Of a DNA stretch of 64,000 nt, positions 57,024 to 64,000 are shown in pieces. Each line of letters starts with the position of its first letter. The first letter of the stretch is position 1. The notes under the pieces were generated by a model that saw nothing but the letters and a program-made list of their open reading frames with translations, was not told the DNA's origin and searched no databases. This DNA is from Vicinamibacteria bacterium (GTDB lineage Bacteria > Acidobacteriota > Vicinamibacteria > Vicinamibacterales > JAENWD01): positions 2,693,419 through 2,757,418 of the forward strand of contig CAWCNI010000004.1 of the NCBI GenBank assembly GCA_963796915.1. The letters run 5' to 3'. The translations under genes were made by a program, and so were the position numbers.

Positions 57024-59405
57024 ATGGCGCCCGCGAATCCGCTATCGCCTCACGGCCGAACATACGTCATCGGCGTCATCACTGCCGGTACGTTCGCGGT
57101 GGCAGCAGCGGTGGCGCAACTAGTCGCGACGCCTCCTCGCAGCGGGTGGTTCCTGTTTGCCGCGTTGACCGTGATCAGCGGCTCCGCCACCGTTAAGCTG
57201 CCCTCGATTCCGGCATCTCTTTCTGTATCCGAAGCCTTCGTCTTCGCTTCCGTCCTTCTATACGGTCCCGCTGCCGGTACGATAATCGTAGCGCTGGACG
57301 GTCTGATCATCTCGTTCTGGCTCAACAAGAAACGCAAGGAGGTCCATCGCGTACTGTTCAATATGGCGGCTCCCGCGCTCTCCATCTGGATTGCCAGCCA
57401 ACTGTTTTTCATCATGCTGGGGCTCGAGCCACTTAGTGTGTCTCATGCCCCGATCGAAAAGTTTCTATTACCCCTTATTGTTTTTACGGTTCTGTACTTC
57501 GGTCTGAATAGCTCGCTAATTGCGTTTGCGGTTGCCGCTGAAACCCAGGCATCCGCGTTCCAGGTATGGAAGAACAATTTCCTCTGGCTGTCACTCAACT
57601 TCATCTGCGGCGCTTCCGTTGCTACCCTAGTCATCGCCTTTACGAACAGGCAACGGCCAGAGTGGCTGTACATTGGCGCGATTGTCCCATTGTTATTTGT
57701 TCTGTACATGACATACAGAACGGCGATGGCCAGAGTCGAAGACGCCAACAAGCACCTATCGCAAGTAAACACCTTATATCTATCGACAATTGAAACGTTG
57801 GCAATGGCGATCGACGCTAAAGACCAGGTTACCCACGGTCATATCCGCAGGGTCCAGGCGTTCGCGACCGGGTTGGCGCGTTCTCTCGGAGTGACGGAAA
57901 CCGCCACGCTTCATGCTGTTGAGGCGGCCTCTCTGTTGCACGACATGGGAAAGCTCGCGATCCCTGAGCACATTTTGAACAAGCCTGGTAGGTTGACTAC
58001 ATCCGAGTTCGAAAGGATGAAGCTTCACGCCGCCATAGGGGCGGACATTCTGTCAGCGATTCAGTTTCCGTATCCGGTAGTGCCGATTGTTCGGCATCAT
58101 CACGAGAACTGGGATGGCACAGGTTACCCTGACGGGCTATCAGGGACTGACATTCCAGTCGGCGCGCGAATTTTGTCGGTTGTGGACTGCTACGATGCGT
58201 TGACTTCGGATCGGCCGTACCGTCCGGCACTTTCAAACGACGAGGCAATTAAGATTCTGCTCGAAAGACGCGGCTCAATGTATGACCCGTTGGTTGTTGA
58301 TACATTCGTGCGAGTTCACAACTCAATCGGGCCAGATCTAGAGATCTATCGGACCGCGCCACAAGTAATCCGAGACATTGCAAAAAGTATCGCGGTTCCG
58401 CAAGTTGCTTCAGACGCTAGCGATGTACTGAGGCTTGGCGACCAGTCGGAAAAACTATTGGTCTTTGCGTCTCTACTCAGCAATATCCCAGGGCATGTCG
58501 GAAGTATAGATATTGCCGAGTTGAGCTGGTATCACTTGCGGCAGATGATGCCAGTTACGTCACTGGGACTGTTTGGTTACGATAACGCGACCGACGAGAT
58601 CGTTTGTCTGGCGTTCATTGACCCGTCCGGTCCTGTCAACCTGCGAATGAGACGTCCCGTAGGGCAGGGACTCTCGGGTTGGGTTGCCGCTAGCAGGCAA
58701 GGAATCTTCAACTCGGATCCCATGTTGGATTTGGGCCAGGGCGCCATCAAGTCGGCATTTTCGCTGAGAAGCGCCATTAGTGCTCCCCTGGTGATGGACG
58801 AGCAACTGGTCGGGGTACTAACTATGTATGCGGACGTGCCTGCGGCCTACAGCGAGCGTCACCTTGAGCTTCTTAGTATTCTTGGACCTCGTCTCGGAAA
58901 CGCCCTCCAGAGGTCTCGGCAATTTGATGAGGACACGGGAGCTCAGCTCTGGGACGCTTCCACGGGTCTGCCAAACGATCGACATCTACGTCAGTACCTT
59001 TCCGGGCTTCCAGGACGCGGCCTCAACGCCAGCACTTCATTGCTCCTTGTTTCTCTCGATGGCGCAACCTCGCAACGGGACGATCGAGCCGAGGTCGCTC
59101 TAAAAGGGGTTGCCCAGGCGATAAAATCTTCATTGAGACTCGGCGACCTGCTATTCCGCCTTCAACATGACGAGATCCTGTGCGTCTTGCATGGAGCGGA
59201 CGCGATGACCGCTCATTTGGTCTTGCTGCGCGTCACCGAGGCGCTCTCGCTTGGCCTGCGGGACCAGTCTGAGGGAGTCGCCCTGTCAACCGGAGTTGCG
59301 ACTCCGCCTATCGACGGCCGAAACCTAGATGAGCTGGTGCGCTCAGCCCGTTCTCGCCTGGTGCCCGTAAGTTCTGGGTTGATAACTTATCAGCGACCGA
59401 GCTAG
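57024..59405 (+). CDS. membrane-anchored HD-GYP phosphodiesterase with GAF and degenerate GGDEF (I-site-retaining) domains
   Basis: About 7 N-terminal TM helices. HD-GYP: THGHIRRV...LLHDMGKLAIP...HHHENWDGTGYPDGL...DCYDALTSDRPYR. GAF-like: ...GQGLSGWVAASRQGIFNSD...LVGVLTMYA. GGDEF-like end with RLGD-LLFRL-QHDEI in place of RxxD-x5-GG(D/E)EF. The gene is visibly lower in GC than its neighbours. Confidence 0.85.
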   Translation: MAPANPLSPHGRTYVIGVITAGTFAVAAAVAQLVATPPRSGWFLFAALTVISGSATVKLPSIPASLSVSEAFVFASVLLYGPAAGTIIVALDGLIISFWLNKKRKEVHRVLFNMAAPALSIWIASQLFFIMLGLEPLSVSHAPIEKFLLPLIVFTVLYFGLNSSLIAFAVAAETQASAFQVWKNNFLWLSLNFICGASVATLVIAFTNRQRPEWLYIGAIVPLLFVLYMTYRTAMARVEDANKHLSQVNTLYLSTIETLAMAIDAKDQVTHGHIRRVQAFATGLARSLGVTETATLHAVEAASLLHDMGKLAIPEHILNKPGRLTTSEFERMKLHAAIGADILSAIQFPYPVVPIVRHHHENWDGTGYPDGLSGTDIPVGARILSVVDCYDALTSDRPYRPALSNDEAIKILLERRGSMYDPLVVDTFVRVHNSIGPDLEIYRTAPQVIRDIAKSIAVPQVASDASDVLRLGDQSEKLLVFASLLSNIPGHVGSIDIAELSWYHLRQMMPVTSLGLFGYDNATDEIVCLAFIDPSGPVNLRMRRPVGQGLSGWVAASRQGIFNSDPMLDLGQGAIKSAFSLRSAISAPLVMDEQLVGVLTMYADVPAAYSERHLELLSILGPRLGNALQRSRQFDEDTGAQLWDASTGLPNDRHLRQYLSGLPGRGLNASTSLLLVSLDGATSQRDDRAEVALKGVAQAIKSSLRLGDLLFRLQHDEILCVLHGADAMTAHLVLLRVTEALSLGLRDQSEGVALSTGVATPPIDGRNLDELVRSARSRLVPVSSGLITYQRPS

Positions 59406-59434
59406 TTTAGGGGCTCACCCGAGGAGTCCCCCCT

Positions 59435-62227
59435 ATGGCAGGCGTTCCGATGCTGCGATCGTTGGAGCAGAGCCTTCAGCTCGGGCGATTTGTCGACGTT
59501 CTCACTTCCTTAAAGACCAACCTTCAGGCCGGTGGCCTCGAGCGCGACGCGATCGCTGCTGAGGTATGCGCGCTGGCCGGACGATCCGCGGAAGCAAAGA
59601 TTGCGGCTGAGAGGCTCGTGTCCGATGCCAGGACGTCAGTCGACCTGGCACTCCGGGCTCGTCTGGTCTTGGCACAGTTGCAGATCGACGCCGGGCAGGC
59701 TCGGGCGGCTCACTCACTATTGCAGGCGATCGCGTCGGAGGCCACCTCGGCTCGAGCCTGGAAACTTCGGTGCTGGGCTGAGCTATGGCAATTGACGGCT
59801 CTCGGCGAGTTTGCCGGCCCAGCTGAAATCCGCGCCCTGTTGAAACAAGTCAGGCACCACGTGAATCAGCTCGGCGATCCGATGACGACCGTCGCTCTTC
59901 ACTTGTTTGTTGCCGAAGCCGAGAGCAGACGGGGTGTTATTGACTCGTCGGTCGAGCATGTTCGGATAGCGAGGTCGCTGCTTGAAGGTTCTCCGAATTA
60001 TTGGCTTGAGGGCCTCGCGGCCATCGATTCGCTATGTCTCGCGTACATGCGGTCAGATCCGGATCTCGCGAAGCAAGAGAGCGAACGAGCCGTTCGCGCC
60101 GCCTACGAAGCCGGGGCGGAAAAGACAAAGCTCGCTGCGGTAGCGAATTCGGCGACGCTCGCGCTGACTGCCGGCGACCTCGATATCGCTGAGCGAGACT
60201 TCACCGCTGCTCTTCGTCTCGCAAGTGTGGCGCCTCGGTGGAGGTCGTCGATCGTTGATGGGCTCTGCCAAGTTCACCTTGCTCGTGGCACTCCTCGTTT
60301 GGCGATCGAACGGTTCGAGGATTCTTCCGACGGTCAGGCCGACTCTCTATCGTACCAGGCGCTTTGGCCGAGACTCACCCAGGCTAGGGCACGACTCGCC
60401 GCGGGTGACATGGCGCGTGTCCGTTCGGACATCAAGGTGGTCCTTTCGGATGCTCGTCGGGTCGGCGACCGCGAGTTGTCGATGCGGCTCTTGCTTCTCG
60501 ACGCCGAGGCAGCCTCGAGGGAACGCGAGCCGGCGATTGCTAGTCTCAGCCTTCAGGCCGCCGACTTCGAGCATCCTGATCCCTCACTGGAATTGGTTGC
60601 TGAGTACAGCCGAGTGTGCGGACTGCTGATGGCGGTCAGCCATCCGTTCATCGCGGCGACTTCCGCCAGGAGAAGCCGGCGGATTTTTACGGCGATTGGT
60701 CACACGCGGGCGGCCAACGAGGTCAACATTCCCTCAACGCCAGGCAAGGTGGCTCCCCTGAATCTAATCGCTGACCTTGCCGGAGTCGTGACAAGTAACG
60801 TCGCTGCTGCGTTTCAACAGGCCTCACGTCCAGATCTATTTGGCGCAGAACTCTCCGATCTCCTGATCGACGTGGGCGCCGCGCGTTCGGTTGCGATCCT
60901 GACGCGAGACGCTCGAGACGTCGTCCGCGTCGTCACAACGCGCGGCTGGTCAGAGTCGGCCGCGCTCGCGGCGGCGCGCGCGGTGCCGGCGCTTCCCACT
61001 CTTCCCCTGGGCGAATGGCGCAACCAGCACTGGAGCCTCCTCGTCGACGTCCTGCCAACACCCGCCGCGAGCTCGGCGTTCGTCGCAGTGCGCACGCTCG
61101 CCGCTTGCAGCCTGACGGTCAACGCCGCGAGGCGCGACGAACGGGAACGGGCGGCGCTCTGGCCCGTCGATCCCGTTGAAGACTCGACGCACGGCGTCTT
61201 TGTGGCCTCGTCGATGATTGAACTGATCAAGACGATCCGCCAGGTCGCCGACACGCCAGTCACAGTGCTGCTCACCGGCGAAACCGGCACCGGCAAGGAC
61301 ATCCTCGCCCGGCTGGTCCACGAGTATTCGCGCCGCGCCACCAAGACGTTCACGCCCTTCTGCTGCACGGCGGTGCCGCGCGAGATGCTCGACAGCCAGC
61401 TGTTCGGACATCGGCGTGGGGCCTTTACTGGCGCTCAGGAGCAGGCGCCTGGCGTCATCAGAGGCGCACAGGGCGGCACGTTGTTCCTCGATGAAATCGG
61501 CGAGCTCGCGCCCGAAGCGCAGGTGAAGCTGCTCCGCTTCCTCGAGTCCCATGAGGTGCACCCGATCGGGGAATCACACCCGGTGCAGGTCGACGTCCGG
61601 GTCGTGGCGGCGACGAATCGCGATCTGCCGACGCTGATCAAACAGGGCGCGTTCCGGGAAGACCTCTACTACCGACTCAACGTCGTCCCACTACGGGTCC
61701 CGCCATTGCGAGAGCGGCGCGAGGAGATTCCGCGGCTTGTCGACTTCTACCTGTCGAAGTTCGGACCGCAGTTTCACAAGGGCCAGCTCACTGTCTCGCC
61801 GGAGGCATTGGAATATCTGCTGCTCTATTCGTGGCCTGGCAACGTGCGCCAGCTCGCCAACGAGCTGCGGCGCGTTGCGGTCCTCGCGGAAGTGGACGCC
61901 GTCATCTCACCAGCGCACCTGACGCCCGACTTGCTCGCCTCGCGGACGACGGCGCCCGCCGCGGATGACGAGATGCTGCCCACCGAGATGAAGATCCGGA
62001 CGAATCAAACCTTGTCGGCGGCAACCGACGAGCTCGAGCGTCAAATGATCCGTCGCGCCCTCACGCTGTGCGATGGCCACGTCGATCAGGCCGCGCAGCT
62101 GCTGGGGCTGTCACGTAAGGGTCTCTATCTCAAACGCCAGCGCCTCGGGATCGACCCGGTACCGGACAGTGATGGCCCCGCACAGCCGCCGCCTTCCGGC
62201 GGCTCGGACGAAGGTCTGCCCGACTGA
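59435..62227 (+). CDS. sigma-54-dependent transcriptional activator (bEBP) with a ~560-aa helical/TPR-like N-terminal domain
   Basis: AAA+ core VLLTGETGTGKDILA (Walker A), GAFTGA loop (HRRGAFTGA), GGTLFLDEIGEL (Walker B), RVVAATNRDL, EDLYYRLNVV, WPGNVRQL. C-terminal Fis-type HTH DQAAQLLGLSRKGLYLKRQRLGI. No receiver, PAS or GAF domain recognised in the N-terminus. Confidence 0.9.
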   Translation: MAGVPMLRSLEQSLQLGRFVDVLTSLKTNLQAGGLERDAIAAEVCALAGRSAEAKIAAERLVSDARTSVDLALRARLVLAQLQIDAGQARAAHSLLQAIASEATSARAWKLRCWAELWQLTALGEFAGPAEIRALLKQVRHHVNQLGDPMTTVALHLFVAEAESRRGVIDSSVEHVRIARSLLEGSPNYWLEGLAAIDSLCLAYMRSDPDLAKQESERAVRAAYEAGAEKTKLAAVANSATLALTAGDLDIAERDFTAALRLASVAPRWRSSIVDGLCQVHLARGTPRLAIERFEDSSDGQADSLSYQALWPRLTQARARLAAGDMARVRSDIKVVLSDARRVGDRELSMRLLLLDAEAASREREPAIASLSLQAADFEHPDPSLELVAEYSRVCGLLMAVSHPFIAATSARRSRRIFTAIGHTRAANEVNIPSTPGKVAPLNLIADLAGVVTSNVAAAFQQASRPDLFGAELSDLLIDVGAARSVAILTRDARDVVRVVTTRGWSESAALAAARAVPALPTLPLGEWRNQHWSLLVDVLPTPAASSAFVAVRTLAACSLTVNAARRDERERAALWPVDPVEDSTHGVFVASSMIELIKTIRQVADTPVTVLLTGETGTGKDILARLVHEYSRRATKTFTPFCCTAVPREMLDSQLFGHRRGAFTGAQEQAPGVIRGAQGGTLFLDEIGELAPEAQVKLLRFLESHEVHPIGESHPVQVDVRVVAATNRDLPTLIKQGAFREDLYYRLNVVPLRVPPLRERREEIPRLVDFYLSKFGPQFHKGQLTVSPEALEYLLLYSWPGNVRQLANELRRVAVLAEVDAVISPAHLTPDLLASRTTAPAADDEMLPTEMKIRTNQTLSAATDELERQMIRRALTLCDGHVDQAAQLLGLSRKGLYLKRQRLGIDPVPDSDGPAQPPPSGGSDEGLPD

Positions 62228-62307
62228 TAGTGATGGCCTGAGTCATCCGCATGCGGACGGATGCCGGCCGAGCCGTTCCGGTCGCGCGTCCACAGATGCA
62301 GCCGAAT

Positions 62308-62418
62308 GGCCGATCTAAAGATCGGCCCTACCGATGCGGGTGGGCGGCGGATCTGCAGATGGGCCTTCTAGCGGCCTCGCTCTGTATCGTTCCGGTAGGG
62401 CGCATCTTCAGATGCGCC
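62308..62418. repeat. three palindromic units of the GGCCGATCT-NN-AGATCGGCC family
   Basis: GGCCGATCTAAAGATCGGCCCTAC (62308-62331), the degenerate GGCGGATCTGCAGATGGGCC (62346-62365) and GTAGGGCGCATCTTCAGATGCGCC (62395-62418). Confidence 0.85.
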
Positions 62419-62423
62419 GGAGT

Positions 62424-62497
62424 GGCCGATCTAACCGCCTCCGCCAAGGCTACGGCGAGTCCGCCGAAGCGCTCCGCGCAAAGGCGGAAGATCGGCC
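62424..62497. repeat. palindromic unit split by the 53-nt structured insert (inverted copy of 44113-44191)
   Basis: GGCCGATCTAA[CCGCCTCCGCCAAGGCTACGGCGAGTCCGCCGAAGCGCTCCGCGCAAAGGCGG]AAGATCGGCC. Ends 13 nt before the HlyD gene stop. Confidence 0.85.
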
Positions 62498-62510
62498 CGA
62501 CAACCTCGTG

Positions 62511-63749
62511 CTACTTCGTGAAGACAATGGCTTCGACAGACATCCCCGGACGCAGCAGGTGGCTCGGATCCTGGTCGCGATTGATGGAGATCTTCACCGG
62601 GACACGCTGGACGACTTTGACGAAGTTGCCGCTGGCATTCTCCGGCGGCAGCACGCTGAAGCGCGCGCCGGTCGCCGCCGCGATGCTGTTCACGGTGCCT
62701 TCGAACTTCCGGCCGTAGGCGTCCACCTTGATCTCGGCGCGCTGGCCCGGGACGATGCCGGACAGCTGCGTCTCCTTGAAGTTCGCCGTCACCCACACCT
62801 GCTCGAGCGGGACGATCGCCATCAGCGGCTGACCCGGCTGCACGATCTGCCCGACTTCGACGTTCTTGCGGCTGACGAGCCCGGCGGCCGGCGCCCTCAG
62901 CGTCGCGTATTCCAGGTTCAGCGTCGCCTGCGCGACCATCGCCTCCTGCTGCGCGACCCGCGCGTCGGCAGAACTGGCGCGCGCCTCGAGCGCGTTGACC
63001 TGCTGCGGCACCGTGGACGCCGCCGTGACGCCAGAGGTCGCCTGCGTGACCCGCCCGTGCGCCTGCGCCAGCCGCGCCGTCGCGACGTCGATCGCCCGCT
63101 GCTGCTCGACCACCGCGGCCTGCGCCGAGTCCAGAGCCGCGCGCGCCGAGGCCTCTGTCGCCACCACCAGGTCGAACTGCTGCTTGGACACTTCGTCCTT
63201 GGCCACCAGCGGCTCGAGCCGCGCCTTGTCCTTGGACGCCTTGGTCAGGTTGGCCTCCGCCTCGCGCTGCCGGGCCTCCGCCGACGAGAGCTTCGCCTTG
63301 GCCGCGTCGATGTCGCCAGTGGCGAGCGCGATGCCGGCCTCGGCGTTCTGCTGCTCGGCACGGGCATCGGTCAGCTGGCTGTGCGCCGTCGTGCTGTTCA
63401 CCGAGACGCCGGACCGCGCCGCCTGGGCCGCCGCCTTCGCTTCCTCGAGATCCGCCTGCGCGCGCGCCAGCGCCACGTGCAGATCGCGCGGGTCGATCTC
63501 GACGAGCACGTCGCCCGCCTTCACCTGCTGGTTGTCCTCGACGAGCACCTTGCCGACGATGCCGCCGACTTTGGCGGCGATCGGCGAGATGTGTCCGTCG
63601 ATCTGCGCGTCGTCAGTCGACTGGCGGCCGGAGAAGTGAATCCAGATGCCCGCGACGACGGCAATGACGATGAGGGCGCCGGCCGCAATCCAGCGGACGC
63701 GTCCGCTCTTCTGCGGCGCGGGCGCGTCGGTTAGTGACTGGTCGGCCAT
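62511..63749 (-). CDS. HlyD/EmrA-family efflux pump membrane-fusion (periplasmic adaptor) protein
   Basis: N-terminal TM (WIAAGALIVIAVVAGIWI), ...TDDAQIDGHISPIAAKVGGIVGKVLVEDNQQVKAGDVLVEIDPRD..., a long coiled-coil, ...ATLNLEYATLRAPAAGLVS...VVQRVPVKI. Confidence 0.88.
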   Translation of the reverse strand: MADQSLTDAPAPQKSGRVRWIAAGALIVIAVVAGIWIHFSGRQSTDDAQIDGHISPIAAKVGGIVGKVLVEDNQQVKAGDVLVEIDPRDLHVALARAQADLEEAKAAAQAARSGVSVNSTTAHSQLTDARAEQQNAEAGIALATGDIDAAKAKLSSAEARQREAEANLTKASKDKARLEPLVAKDEVSKQQFDLVVATEASARAALDSAQAAVVEQQRAIDVATARLAQAHGRVTQATSGVTAASTVPQQVNALEARASSADARVAQQEAMVAQATLNLEYATLRAPAAGLVSRKNVEVGQIVQPGQPLMAIVPLEQVWVTANFKETQLSGIVPGQRAEIKVDAYGRKFEGTVNSIAAATGARFSVLPPENASGNFVKVVQRVPVKISINRDQDPSHLLRPGMSVEAIVFTK

Positions 63750-64000
63750 GGCAACGTTCCCTCCAGAAGCTGAATGAATTCGTGTTCGCCGGCGCCAAGC
63801 GCGCGGGCAAGCGCCACCTTCGCCACGTTGTGCGAGTAGACGGCGGCGATGTAGTTCTCACGCGAGGTGGTCAGCGCCTGCTGCGCCTGCACCACCTCGA
63901 GGTTGTTGGCGACGCCGGACTTGAAGCGGTCCTCCGACTGCTCGAGCGCCTGGCCGGCGACCGAGACCGCGTCGCGGGCGACGGTCACCTGGTCGGACGC
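63731..64000 (-). CDS. TolC-family outer membrane efflux protein, 3' part (partial, continues right of the window)
   Basis: The frame is open to the window edge. ...AGQALEQSEDRFKSGVANNLEVVQAQQALTTSRENYIAAVYSHNVAKVALARALG is the typical OEP C-terminal repeat. It overlaps the adaptor gene start by 19 nt. Confidence 0.8.
   Translation of the reverse strand, partial: ASDQVTVARDAVSVAGQALEQSEDRFKSGVANNLEVVQAQQALTTSRENYIAAVYSHNVAKVALARALGAGEHEFIQLLEGTLPWPTSH

Overview
High-GC bacterial chromosomal segment, about two-thirds G+C by eye. It is most plausibly Acidobacteriota, because it carries an ADOP-type duplicated orphan FtsX permease. All calls rest on motif recognition in the supplied six-frame translations; no database search was possible. 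I recognise about 55 protein genes and no rRNA, tRNA, CRISPR array, transposase or prophage.

Gene content, left to right:
- a vapBC-like toxin-antitoxin pair at the left edge and a PLD/cardiolipin-synthase-like gene;
- the conserved dprA-topA-trmFO-xerC block;
- rplU-rpmA-obg-nadD-rsfS-comF;
- a roughly 12.5-kb convergent glycan-modification cluster (WbqC-like, GtrB/ArnC-like GT2, three methyltransferases, NeuD-like acetyltransferase, DegT-family aminotransferase, two ~680-aa polytopic membrane proteins), adjacent to a secreted tail-fibre-like protein;
- tmk-lysA, then an ECF sigma / STAS / small-protein trio, the ADOP permease, lpxC, uvrA and an APC permease;
- two tandem mreB paralogs;
- an IPT+NHL propeller protein and a DUF3179 membrane protein;
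- HNH, NlpC/P60, an HExxH protein, mtgA and a CX5R phosphatase;
- a class V aminotransferase, a DapA-family gene and an oligopeptide-type ABC importer with no ATPase gene nearby;
- a compositionally distinct segment: HTH gene, S8 peptidase with 16 TIVWGN repeats, a low-GC membrane HD-GYP-GAF-degenerate-GGDEF protein, and a sigma-54 activator with a long helical N-terminus;
- the start of a HlyD/TolC efflux operon.

Most notable observations:
1. An in-frame TGA sits exactly at the first Cys of the conserved CxxC of the DUF3179 protein. A SECIS-like hairpin with a GGUCU loop follows it, making this a candidate new selenoprotein.
2. A mosaic family of intergenic repeats fills nearly every convergent gene junction. 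It includes GGCCGATCT-NN-AGATCGGCC palindromic units, CCGTAGC/CCGGAGC heptamer arrays, GTGCTGCAG-type arrays, G/C-skewed arrays and a structured ~75-nt element present as two inverted copies.
3. The HTH-S8(TIVWGN)x16 / HD-GYP / sigma-54 activator neighbourhood has a candidate -24/-12 promoter.
4. At least ten single-nucleotide frameshifts interrupt conserved genes. These are most likely sequence errors, and they temper any pseudogene or recoding claim.
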